From Paragordius varius (taxonomy: Eukaryota > Animalia > Nematomorpha), in NCBI GenBank assembly GCA_964247055.1, contig OZ176055.1:3782001-3846000 (forward strand): a DNA stretch of 64,000 bases, read 5' to 3'. Shown here piece by piece: positions 48,248 to 61,700 of the stretch (position 1 is the stretch's first letter; each line of letters begins with the position of its first letter). The notes beneath the pieces are model-generated. The model saw only the letters and a list, made by a program, of their open reading frames with translations. It ran no database searches and had not been told where the DNA came from. The translations under genes and the position numbers were made by a program.

Positions 48248-51200
48248 GTGTACATGGAAACGATAAACTTCTTTCAATGTATGAAATCACACCGATCGAA
48301 AAGCTAAATAAACGATATCGCAAACAAACAAGCAAATTATCTCTAACGAATCAATCTTTATTGGAGACAGGAAATGCAATAACCAATAATACTCCAGATC
48401 AAAGTATTGATTTTCTACTAAAACATAATATAGCCGTCCATAAACCTATCCGTCAATTCTCGGATGAACTTAAATGGCTAGGCCACGATTTACATTTGAG
48501 TCAATGGGCTAATGAAAATATTGGACAAAATGTATCTCAATATGAAGATGATTTAAAGACCATTCTTAGTCAGGCTAAAATTAAATCGTGTGATTTTATA
48601 TGGTCAACTAAGAAAGAGTATATAGAAGAATTCAATCATAAAAATAGTGTTGAACCGAAACAGCAACATATGGCAATAATTGATGGCAATAATGAGAATG
48701 AGCTTTTGAAATCGACAAAATCTGATGGTAGGAAGAATAAGAAGAAAAAGAAAGTTAAACAATCCATGCCAAGCCCAAATACATTTTCATTAGAGGAGGA
48801 TAATGATGAAACTAAATCAATGAACCGTACAAAAATAATGGTTAAGGGCCAAGTATTAAAAGTATATTTTGCCTTTCTAATTATTTATCCGTGAAATTTT
48901 AAACTTTAAAACGATCAAAATAAATGAAAGTTTTACTTAGTAATAATAGATATTTATGTCAATCGTTGTTGCAGATAAGATTAAAGGATAACAATAATAA
49001 CTATACGTTTCACTTAATTTCACATTATATTTCAACATATAATTTTGCTTTAACCATGTGTGTCTAGGTGGCACTCATGTTAAATAACAATGCCATAGCT
49101 TTCTTAGAATATCAACCAACAAATGATAAAATTCAATCCGAAAATAAAAATGTCTCAAATTTCGCCGATTGGAAATTAGTAGGTCTTGTCCACAATCAAG
49201 GTCATAGTTCAGATGTGAGATCATTAGCTCTTTGCACAGATTCTAGTCTTCTCCTATCAACCAGTGCGGAGAGTTGTAAAATTTGGAATCGGTTTGTTTT
49301 TTATTTTTTACTTATTTTGCATTGTAGTTTTTATGCAAAGTTAAATTTATAAGTCTAAATACTTCAGTTGATCGTCCAACCATTGTTGAGAAAAAACATG
49401 GCTCACTACTCGAAACGATCCATACTTGAGCAAAATTAAATATTTGAGTCCACACACCAAATCATACTATAAAACAGGGGTGGCCAACACACAGCCCTTC
49501 AAGACTTTGTGTGCGGCCGGCAAAATTTGGAATCCATAATTTACAAAAACATGCATTCATAAAATCTTTGTAAAATTGATGATTCTCAGATAATTATTTG
49601 CCAAATAAGTTTATCACAATATCAAACACGAGAAAAAAATGTTACATTCCGCTTTCTTTGTGTAGTCTTTGTTAAAATAAATTATTAATGAATGTTCATA
49701 TATATTTCAAATGCGGTCCACAAAGCTATTTGTGTTGTGCTATACAATAGATTGTAATTACCCTATTCTAATGACTTTAAAACATTCTTTTTACAAATTT
49801 ATATAATCCATATTAGAACTACACAGAGATGTTTGAGAACTATGCCTTGCGAATATGGGTTATGTTGTTTATTTTTACCCATGGATCGATATTGTGCCGT
49901 TGGGACAAAGGTATATTGATTGGAAACAATAATATTAATATATTTTTATTTCAATTTGAACTCTTTAATCTTATTATTTTACACAATTATGCCTATTTGT
50001 TAGACTGGTAAAATTCATTTATATGACGTACAAAGTGGAGATTTAATCGAAAATATTGAGGCTCACACTGGTCCGGTTTGGACTATGGCTTTACATCCAA
50101 ATGAAGTATATTGTGATTTTTTTACACAAAAATTTAACCAATTTCTTAAATTGAAAACATATTTTGTTGTTTTTACTGTAAATTTAATAGCTCTAATTAA
50201 AATCAAACATTTTAGAATGAACAATGGTAACTAAGGGTACTGTTTTTTAATGTCTATATGTTCAATTTAATCAAAATACGGTTATCATTTAGTTTTCACA
50301 ACAGTTTTTTAGACCAGGGATGTTCAACACGCTTTTTTCGGGACCCAAAAGTGGTTTAAAAAATGGTAAAAAAATTAAAAATTCAATCAAAAATTTACGA
50401 TTATTTAGAATACATCCATAGTTCGGCTTAACATAAATAAGCAAAAATATTCAAAACAGCCGTAAAGATATTTGTGTTGGATATCCCTGGTTAAGACAAT
50501 GAGTATAAAATATTATATTTTCTAATCTATTCGAATATTATATATGTCACATATAAATAATAGCTTATGTATTTTACTTAACAGTCATTTTACTAATAAT
50601 ATAATCACTTAATTATTCGTTTACAAAATTAATGATTCAATATCAAAGATATAAGATTTATATTTAAATAATTTTATAGAATTTCATAGTGACAGGTGGT
50701 GGAGACCACATAGTCAAATTTTGGGAACTTGTATTTGTAAATGATCCTGATTACTCACAAACTGTCAAAAGAATTACTTTAAAAGAAAGTAAAACGCTTG
50801 TATTAACTGAAGAAATTATTTGTCTTGCCATAAGGTAAAATAAATTTTTGTTGTAAAAATGATGATTTTATAAAATGATTTTATAAATAAATCTCTTTAC
50901 AAAATTTATTTAGTCCTGATGAAAAATATTTAACGCTCGGGATGTTGGATAACACAGTTAAAATATTTTTTACGGATACATTGAAGGTAGTTTTTTTATT
51001 ATTGTAATAAATTGATTTATGCCCTAAATTAATACTTATAAATTTCAAAACTATCTATTATATAAAGAAGCATATAAATTTATAACTCGTAAAAATAAAT
51101 TTTTTAAACACAAATTAATCTTTGATTAGTATTATTTCTTGCTGACGGTTTTCATCGAAATAATTTAAACAATTTATCACGATCAAAAAGTTTTAAATAT

Positions 51201-54200
51201 AAATAAATTTATTATAGTATTTAACTCCATCATTCTTTCACTCGATTGTGAAAATATATTTTTATTTTATATTACAATAGTTTTATTTGAGTTTATATGG
51301 GCATTCCTTACCCGTTACCTGTTTAAGCATTTCTCCGGATAGTTCTTTGATTGTAACTGGGAGTGGAGATAAACTTTGCAAAATTTGGGGCTTAAAATTT
51401 GGTGATTGCCATAAAACATTGTTTGGTCATGCTGATGCAATTACCCACATCGCTTTTGTCCCGGTTAAACGATCCTTTGGTTTTTTTAATCCAGGTAATT
51501 TTGGTAGGGGGATATTTTTGAGTGTTAAATTTAAAAAAAATGTGATTTATATCATATACAACATTATAGATTAAATATTTTCACAGATATACTAATAGAG
51601 AAATTTGATTAAAAAATAACTTTTTTATATTTAACGCCAAACTTAGCATAAGATATAATAATTTTTACTATATTCCCATAAATCAACGTGAAACTTTTGT
51701 AATCTATAATATATATCTGCGATTTAATTTTCCTATTACAATCGATAAGTTAATTATAATGGTTTATTAATTACCGTTTTTCATGTTTTCTGGAAGATAA
51801 GTTAAACTATTGTTTTAATTTGCATTATTTTGTTCCTTTATTTATCCATTCCAAGTATCTCTTGTTTTTATATACGTTGACCGCAACAACAATTTTTTAA
51901 AGGGCTGGAAATAACCGATCATGATAACGAGGATGAGGTGTTGGAGCGTGATAAATGTCTCTTTTTTAGCGCAAGTAAAGACGGAACCATAATTCAATGG
52001 GATGCAATCAAATTTATCAAAATCTTTACGCTTAGGGTAAATAAATTTATGAAATCACACCTTTAATACACTGCAGTTAAGAATTAAATAATCGGATATT
52101 TAATTGCAGTCATATTTGCAATTTTTTTCGATCAGAAAAAGATAATAAAGACTGTAAGGTATGTTAAGTGTTGAATCTAAATGAAAAATGGTAAAAATTC
52201 TTTTTTAATGACTTGATTGCAATAAAAATTCTTTGAGTTTTTTCATTTAATATACTCGATAGCATGCAGAACTTTTGTTATGACTATATTACTACGTAGT
52301 CTTTTTAAGTTCATAATTCTTTAAAAATGTTACTTTGAATGAAGAATAATACATATAAATATATGTTTACTTATTTAAAATCGCGTTGCCTTAAGTTCAT
52401 TTGTACTATATCTATATTGCATTCTAATCCGATATTGGTAAACGCTTTAAACATTATTTTCTCATTTTCCATACCTATTTTTCATTATTTAGGGTCACCA
52501 CGCAGAAATTCGTGCAATGACTATTTCACCCATAGTGTTGGTTAGCGCATCCCATGATAAAACTATTCGATTTTGGTATAAGGGAGATTGCATCGTTAAT
52601 CCTGATGATGAATCAGCTACTGAAGCACAGCTAGAAAGTGAAAAACTTGCCCTGGAAACTATGGGGCTTAATGTAAAAATATTAATTAACCAGCTTTTTT
52701 TATCTTTTTCCCTTTGTTTCCTTGAAAACTTAAAGGTTTTAATTACCTTAGGGACCTTAAATTTGAGAATTAATGTTAAAAAATATTATAATTTGCAATA
52801 TATATAATGAAAATATAAATTTTTTCATTCTTAGACTTCAATCAAAGATATAATCAAGTTTGACCTATTATAATAATTCGAATACTAGACCCCATTTTAA
52901 AATTTGAATATAATATTGCCTGATTACACTGTTCAACAAGGTTTTGCACCACCCCATTATTTTTGCATTTTCTGATACCTAATGGCATGGAAAGGCCAAA
53001 ACAAAAAAGAAAATTGAGGCCACCAATAGGATTTTTCCGAAATTTAATTTTTGAATTTGTATTTAATTTAAAAATAACAATCATTTCTCGTGTACATATG
53101 TTTAAATATTCAAACGAACAAGTCGATACAAATAATATTCCATGCATGAATAACGAAATTCTAGGCATTAAATAAGATATTAAACAAGCTAAGAGCCAAA
53201 GTATTAAAAATCTAAAAGGGGCTTATGTATAGTGTGATAGATCCGGGCGGCTGCACAAGCTTTGCATATCCCCCAAGCGATCTAATTATGCCAGATATGG
53301 CAAAGATAACAATAAGTAATCGTAAGGCCCGATAAGAGAACTTGCAAGCAAAATCCAGGCAAATTGACATGTCAAATTAACCAATTCACAGAATAAAGTT
53401 AGATAAATTCTACAATTAAATTGAATAAAAAGATTAGGTAAATACAAATGGTCCAATCCCATAATAGTAAATTCTACTAAAAGTGGCTACACAACATCCA
53501 TCTGATATTAAATATACAAAACAACCAATAATTTTAAAATATAAAGTATATCCACTAGGTATAAAAAAAGGATTTTTTATAAGAACCAACTCAAGAAAAA
53601 AAGCCTAATAAGTACTCGAAAGAACGAAAACTAACAAAAGAAATATAGCCTACCTAAAAGCCGAAGGTTTAAACCATAGTGCCCTTTTTAGTATTTTTTT
53701 AAAAATTTTTATACGTATTAAAAATTCACTTGAAAGAAAAAGACTAAATTTTGACGTTTAAGTCCGTACTATTTTTTTCTCTCTGATATTTAAATGACAT
53801 ATTTATATTCAAAAGATAGAGTTTAAAACGCTTTATTAAATGATATTAAGTTTATAATATAATAACATTTTATTATAAAGTTATATTTAATTTTCTCTCG
53901 ATTTTCTCTTGTTTTTGAAAAATTGAAAAACCCATAATATTTCAAAATTCTGATTGGCGGGATCAAAAATTTTTTCACATTCGGTTTTAAAACACTGAAA
54001 TTAGTCATAAGTTAAAAGTTTGAGTGGTTGGTGCTCAAAAATGTCCAAATTTGTCGACTAGTGTTTTCAGCACGAGCTTTTTAGTTTTTAGAAGCTGTTT
54101 ACTTTAGAAACGCTGATTATGATGGGAGCGTTTACTATAAATACCCTTTTATATAAACTTTTTAATGCAATAATGTTTGCTGTTAACAGATATTCCCGAC

Positions 54201-56281
54201 TAAATCAAATATAAATTATGAAGTTGGTTTACCAATCGCTAAAGGCCTTAAAACATTGGATGTTACCGAAAGACTCATGCAAACATTAGATGAATACGAG
54301 CAAACGCTTAAAAATGGTTATTTATTATATATTAATCATATTAAATTTTCCCTGATTAATTATTTAAATTAGTTTTTCATTGGGAAATTATAAGTATGGT
54401 ATTCATTGGCCATTAAATTACAAACTGTGTTGTTATTATTACAGTAAAAATTGGAATTATACAGATTACATGTTAAAATATAATGACAAATATTCTTTTT
54501 TAAAAGACAGCCATACTTTTCAAACTTGATTTTTTAAATAAAACTCATAAGTACATAATAGAGATGTATATTGGTAACACAATTAATTATGTATTTTACG
54601 ATTGTTAAATGATTTTTATAGCATAAATTAAGGTTTAAAAAAGTATGGTTATCTTTTGAAAAAAAAATACTTTTTATATATTTACGTTTCGTCCGTATAA
54701 TTTTCAATTTTTACTGTGCTAAATAATTTTTTTGAATATAAGGCTCCTCTCAAGCTATATGTCAACCAACTACCAATCAACATGTTAGCGCAGATACATT
54801 ATTTGATGAGGCCATTATGCAAGAAATACATAGTTATACATCTATTCCTTCTAATATAACTGAAATTGAAAATAATGCTATACCATCAGAGGACTCAAAT
54901 AATGTTGATGAGCTTATGTTAGAAAATGAACAAAATGATGGGAATGATGAGGGTTTTATAGATGCACCACAGTAATTTATCTATATATAATGTGCTTTTT
55001 TTAATTTTTTTACAAAAAATGGTTATAATTTAATTTATCTTATTTTTTTATCTAAGGGCTTGATATTAAAGCTTTACTCATTTATTAAGAATTTTTGCAA
55101 TTTATACCCCATTAGTTATATGCCCTTAAGTTATGCTCACAAATTTCTTACTTATTTCCATTATATAAATATTAATGTGAGAATAAAGTTTAATTCCTAC
55201 AATATTTTGCATAAAATTATTTTACCCAAATAGGCAATCATTAATTGAACCACAAACCATTAAAGACCAAATTAATAACGATAACACAATTTTATCTACT
55301 AATTCTCCCCAACGAAAAACAGTTGGAGAAATTTTAAAAGAGTGGGATCAATTACCGAGCGGATATACAGGAGCGCTTGCAAAAGAGGAAAAAATATCCC
55401 TTCAAATTCGCACTTTACATGAATGTGTTAAGAACATGAAATACAGGTTATACATTTATATATATTAGAATTATCATGCGATCGTATTTATGATTTGAAA
55501 ATATTGGCATGCTTTTGCCAAAAATTTGAATATCAATACATTAGTTTTATTTTTTCATACCACATTTTACGGCTACATCCACATCATATCATTTAGTATA
55601 TATATAAAATTTTTCATTTGCTACAAATAAACTTTTTTTAAAAAAATTACTTAATAAAATATAAGAAATTTGCTTCTCAACCAAATAAATTGATATAATT
55701 TTTTTTATATAACGGCGTTTTTAGATTGTCAATTTAATTATTATATTTAAACTGGACCTAAATTTAAGTTATTTATTTGTTAAATTTACTCTTTTTTCAA
55801 TTATACTGTTTTTAGTGAAATGGAATTCGCGTCACTTTTGCTCCCACGATCTCAATTATATAGTTTGATTCATTTACTTCATGGTTACATAAATTGTCAC
55901 CAAATTTCTCCGGAAAATATTCCTGTTATAATAGATGGCCATGCCCTCGAAGCTTGTGTTAGACTTTTATGTTTTATTTTCAAAACACAAATATCGCATC
56001 CGGATAATATACCACAAATTCATATACCCATTCTGTTGGATTTGAAAGAAAAGGTAACATTTCTTTTTTCTGGAATAATATGTTTGATGAAAAGTTATTT
56101 TATTGTTATTTATATTAAAATTTAGGTTGCAAAGCTAATAAGCCATTATCGGGATACCATTGGGTTCAACAAAACTATATTATCTTACATAAGCAAATTG
56201 CCCAAAAATGAAATCTCTACCAACAACAATAAATCACAAATGATGATTCAAACAAAACAGAAAAAGAAAAAAGGAAATTAA
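47029..56281 (+). CDS. WDR3: WD repeat protein 3 / U3 snoRNA-associated UTP12 (DIP2), 18 exons, ~1223 aa
   Basis: join(47029..47184, 47206..47421, 47445..47855, 48025..48160, 48248..48861, 49068..49291, 49817..49910, 50004..50105, 50680..50834, 50914..50986, 51281..51494, 51903..52036, 52493..52672, 54190..54316, 54743..54971, 55234..55446, 55816..56053, 56126..56281), 3672 nt, phases consistent. MGIIRDFLRY, FHGHKSAIT, GHSSDVRSL, SLYGHSLPV..KIWGLKFGDCHKTLFGH, and Utp12 domain ..RDTIGFN. Confidence 0.93.
49475..49740. mobile_element. hAT MITE remnant in WDR3 intron 6
   Basis: Left TIR CAGGGGTGGCCAAC and internal gcggcc/gcggtcc motifs; right end degenerate. Confidence 0.5.
50315..50489. mobile_element. 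hAT MITE in WDR3 intron 8
   Basis: TIR CAGGGATGTTCAACAC / GTGTTGGATATCCCTG; degenerate 8-bp TSD TTTTAGAC / GTTAAGAC. Confidence 0.72.
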
Positions 56282-56439
56282 TTATCTTAATTTAATATTA
56301 TCTTAAAAAATAACTAAATGAAATAAAAATACTCCCATAATTATACCTAAGAAATTATAATAATAAAAATTTATTTTAATAAAATTGGCCATCATCAACA
56401 AAATACATAGATAGGCAGGTATATAAGTAGGTAAAGATT

Positions 56440-56660
56440 GAGATACCGGATTTGAAGTATTCTTCCCACGAAGTGATTTATATTGATAATATTCCTACTT
56501 CATGGTTTATTTATGCGATTTTTTGCATAATACGTGCCCATGTGTAAACTAATGATTTTGCATATCATTATAAAACTGGCCTTTCCCGTTAGCGCATTTT
56601 CATGTCCCAGCCAACACAGTGGAAGGTAGCAATAGGACTTTGTTGTGTTGGGGTCTGTTG
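56440..56660 (+). pseudogene. Unidentified coding fragment homologous to 22310-22500
   Basis: Same conserved blocks (KLAFPVSAFSCPSQHSG / VAIGLC) with frameshifts. Confidence 0.5.
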
Positions 56661-57799
56661 GATATAAAGAACAAAAGAATCACCAATTATAAATCGATTT
56701 ATTTTGACTACGAATATTTGAAAATATTCCAGCCTAATACAGTTTCAGTAAATTTTTCGACAACTCTTTAACGTTTATCATGTATTTGTGCCCGCTCTTA
56801 TAGTTGCGTTTTAGTTTTTCCGATGTTCAATTTTTCTGAGGATATTTTTATCCCAAATATATTCGCTATATCCAATGGGGTAGATAACCCCCTAACACCC
56901 GCCCCTTTATATTTCACTAGGTGTCTTGATCGGAAACTATTTATAGAAAGTATTTTACAAATATATTGTGTTATATTTGTTATCCAATTATCATTATAAA
57001 TCCTTGTATGCTGCAAGAGTGGCCGATCTTCTGGATGTATTTTGCAAGTAAAGGCGCATCTGTCTATTTATCATCACACATTGTCCACAAAATTTGATTA
57101 AATATATATATATATATATTTTGATTGGAAATCCATCAATATTATCGATGCTTTTGGTTTTGGGCCTTACGATAGTTTTAAAAAGTTATTAACACCGTAA
57201 TGGTAATATTCCTATATCAGAATATAGAAAAATTTGTGCACATTTCGTTTGATAAGATGTAAATGCATCAAAAATATCCCTAAAATATAGCATAAACTAC
57301 ACATACGAAGCAAAAATTTATAAAATTTTAGATCTTGGCAAAGAAAATCCTAAATTTTGACTAAAATGGACAGGTATCGCGGGATAATAAATTTCAAATC
57401 TGTGTTAAATTTTGGCACCAAAAAAGCCATTTCCAAAAATGGATATTTTCTTCAAAATTAATTTTTTGAAAATTTTAGTGATGCGAATTTTATGGCATTT
57501 TGAAGTATGGTGAAGCGAAATTATAAAAGTTACTTTTTTAAATTTGTGTAATGTTAAAAAACCATTTATTAAAATGAAAACGAAAGATTAATAAAAAATT
57601 CTGTGATAGAAATTTTAAGCATCATTATATTATCTCGAAAAATGCTTATCTTGAAGCGTTTTTCCGTTTCCATTATGCTTCAAAATACCATTACCGTTCT
57701 GGAACCACTCTTGTTCCGGTTTCACAGTGTAAAGAGGTAGTTCTCTTGGGTTGTTGTAAGAAATTTTTAAAAAGTTTTAAGATAAGGCCAAAAAGAATT

Positions 57800-58410
57800 T
57801 ATTTTTATATTTAATAAAAACATGCAAGATTCGTAGCGAAAGAATGATTTTTGTCGGATGGAATTCGGTAATGCCTTATTTTTGATGTTAAAAGCAAGAA
57901 AAAGGTTATTTGAGATTTTAAGGTCATTTTATTTTTACCTGAGATTGAAAAAGGCGAAGATATATCTTGTGTATCCCCCTGATTATTTTGAGACTGTTCG
58001 AAAAAGAATTAAATATTGAGGAAATGAAAAATACTCAAACCATTTGTTTTTGAATGATTTACAAACTTAACGAAAGTATATTACTACTGTTATAAATAAA
58101 GATTTAAGAATTAATCCGTCAAAATTAAAAATAATGGTCTCAAAATCATTAAATACTTCATTTCTGAAATTATAAAACATTCCTTAATTCGGCAATCAAT
58201 ATATTGGAAACAGTGCCAAAATGTTTTATTCCATTAAATGTGGTCTTAACTACCGCATAAATAATAGCTTACTTAAAGGACTCGCAAATGAAAGCAAAAG
58301 CACGATAAATCCTGATACATTGTATATATAGCTTCCATTTGGAACTAAAGTTGCTGAAAAATTGTAACCGATTCTTTGGGTAAGAACCGTCCTTCCCAAG
58401 ACTATCTTAT
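57800..58410 (+). pseudogene. Possible decayed Penelope-like RT/linker remnant
   Basis: Fragments such as GLNYRIN...LYI*LPFGTKVAEKL resemble the PLE linker NGY...LPY.G..SEKI. Heavily degraded. Confidence 0.3.
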
Positions 58411-58744
58411 TTTAATTTTTATAAATTACCCTAAAAGATAATATGTTAAATGCATATAAACTTAATTATTTTATTTTTAATTTATACTGTTTCGGGTGGC
58501 ACTTTTTTAGGATATAAGATAAATTAGATATATTAGGCAACAAAAAGTGTGGGAAAAATGTTTTGTAAATAATGCGCACAGAGTGATTTTTAATTTATAA
58601 CATTTAGATTTGTGGATTTGAAACGCAAATTTTAATAAGAACTAAATTCATCTTTGTTTACTCAGATGATTATGTATGTCAACCATTCATATAAAAACGT
58701 GCAAGACATTTGAGGTGTGCACCATGTGGTAATTTTTTACAGGT

Positions 58745-61700
58745 ATGGTGGATTATTTTCCATCCTTTGGTAAAATTTTGTAATTACTTTAGGATTATTA
58801 ATATGTGGCTTTTTAACTGCGGCTTATTTTTATCAAAAATATCAACCTCCACCAAAACCGACTATTGTTGGTCTTGATTTAGGGACCACATATTCATCAA
58901 TAGGTACATTTCATGCCGTTTCAGGGGACGTAACTATATATGATCTAGATCAATCACATAAAAGCATTCCAAGTCAATTATATTTTGGGTATTTTTTTAT
59001 TTTTAAAATAAGTTTAGATGGGAATATTTATTTGGGATACGAGGCTCAGGTTTTAGCCCAACAAAATTCATCTTACCTTGTGTATGACGCTAAAAGATTT
59101 ATTGGAAAAAAATTTACCGATGCCGAGCTATTGGAATTAACTCAATTATATCCTTTTGATGTAATATACAATTTTTTTATGCAAACCTTTTTATTTTTTT
59201 GATATCTAATAGCTCAAAAACTGGAACGGAAATATATATTTTGCCCTACCAATGAATTATCATTTGCAACATGGAACTTTAAACGATATTTTATCAAAAC
59301 TTGGCACCACATGCTCGACCCCTACCCATTTCACAAAATTTACCGGGAGCCGTGGTAAATATATATTGTGAGAATTAAATATTTTATCTCCATATCTTTT
59401 TTTTGAGCTTGTTTTTGAAATATTTATAATATATTCTTTTCTTGAAAATTAATAATTTTCCAAGGCAAGGGTGAATATCTATCGTATTTATTTCCGTAAT
59501 TTAAATTTTTACAGATTATGAAGCAATCATTGCGAGTTATAATAAATCACACATTGTTTGGCATTCAAATACTATGTACATTTCCCCTGAATGTATTGGA
59601 GCCATAATAATATCATTTATGGTTGGAAAAGTTAAAGAAAAAATTAATAGGAATCTTGGAAAGGGCATAATGGCCGTTCCGGCTGATTTTGATTCGTATC
59701 AAGAGGCCGCCACGAACGTTGCTGCAAATATGGCTGGTAAAATTTTTTAAATTCTTACAAAACCATAAAATATTAACGATAAGGACAAAAAAGTCATAAT
59801 TTATATAAAGATGGTCATATTTTTTAAATTATATGTTTATATGTTTTGGATAACGAGTAATCTTTTATTTTATTAAATAATTGTAATAATATCGGTTTAA
59901 CTGAATTCATGGATTGTAAAAATGATTTTTTATATAAATTAATATTTAATAAGTATTCTGCTAGGGAGTTTCTGAATTGGTGTCTACTTTTAAATTTTTA
60001 TTGCACATTATTTTCCTATAAAAATTTAAAGTTACAAATAATTTCTTGGGTCCTTTTTTTTCTTTGATTTTTCATGGGTTTTTTTTCAGAGATTGGAACC
60101 CAATTGTGTTAGGTAAGAAAACAAAATAAATAGCTTGTGATTACTCTACAAATAATTATATGGTACGGACCCTACTTATATATCTATGTAAGCCCCTTTA
60201 AAATCAAACGCTCAAACATTATATACTTTTTCCATATTTTTTACCCCCAAAAGATTTTTGTATATTTTTTTGCAATGTAGGTTTAGACGTTTTACGAACT
60301 ATTAGTGAACCGACGGCTGCTGCCTTATCTTGCGGTCTTCACCTGAAACGAGATTTAAAACATGTCATAGTGATTGATATAGGAGGTGGTACCACAGACA
60401 TTTCTATGTTAAGTTTACGAGCTGGCATGTTTTATGTCCAATCTTTATCAGGTATCTGTCTCATTAGCACAAAAACCTATATATGGATATACACATCCAA
60501 GCTTGTTCTAAATCTTATTATCCCTTGTTTTAGTTTTATTATCTTTGTAATTGTAATTTATTTTTTAGAGGAATATTTTTAACTATTGGTATATTTTTTT
60601 AATCATGACAAAATTTAAGATAATAATCCTCCTTCCCTTTATACAAGTAAAAAAATTCTAAATCATTTTTATATATTATTGATATTCATTAAGGTAATAA
60701 TCGCTTGGGTGGTCAAGATTTTAATTATCAACTTTTACATTACATATTACACGTGGACATTAAAAGGCTTTATGGAGCAAATGTACAAATACAGAGAAAT
60801 GCCGATCTTGAAGCCCTTAAAATGGGTGTGGAAAGGGCCAAATTATATGTTTGTACCATAGATAACACAGTAAAAATTAATCTTTTTAAAATAAAACATA
60901 AAAGGCAAATGAAATAGTTTCATGTGTAAAATTATTTTTGATTTTTTCCCATAACTAATATGATAACATTAAATATAAACTTATGTTTATTGCCAACATT
61001 TAAATTTTTACCTAAAATGTTATATGTTTGTTTTAAATATAAATATTTAAAGTATGGTATTTTTTATAAAAAATATTAGTCTATACTCCATTTTTATGTT
61101 TGGTTTTTATATATTTCATTTTGATTTTCTTGTAATAATTTTTATAAAATTTACTGAACAGGTAAATTTGGATCAGAAAGCCTATTATACAATAGAAATG
61201 CCTCTCCATTTAGTACAGCAAAAAACTGGCGGACATAGCAATTTTGATGTTAATAATGAGAAAAGTATTTTTAATTTTTTTTTATATTACCATTACGTGT
61301 TTTTTTATAAAATAGAGACTTCATAAAATTTAACCGTTATTAGACTCTGAATATTTTAGTCATTAATTGTAATAATAATGAATTAATCCCATAAACGTAA
61401 GGATATGTTAGAAATGAAAAAAATAAATACCAAAATTGTTATTAGTAATAGTATAAATTAACAACTATTTTCCAAAAATTTGATTTTACATTTATTTACA
61501 TTATATTTTATGCTATTATTTAACTTTCATTTAAGGTTTTAAACTTATGATATTATTTGGCTTATTATTTATAATAACGTCATAGTCGGCGTTCAAAATG
61601 TATTTAAAACCGGTCCAATTTAATAATTAGCAAAGAAATATGTTAAAACAATGTTAGATAAAAATATTGTATTAAATCGATTCCATATGTAATTTATTAT

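Noticed and set aside
53160-53700. A-rich, moderately GC stretch in WDR3 intron 13
   Set aside because: Looks like retroelement debris, but no motif could be read with confidence.
57190-57733. Possible second piggyBac-like element (TTAACAC... / ...GTGTAAA)
   Set aside because: The TIR match is short and one TTAA is imperfect.
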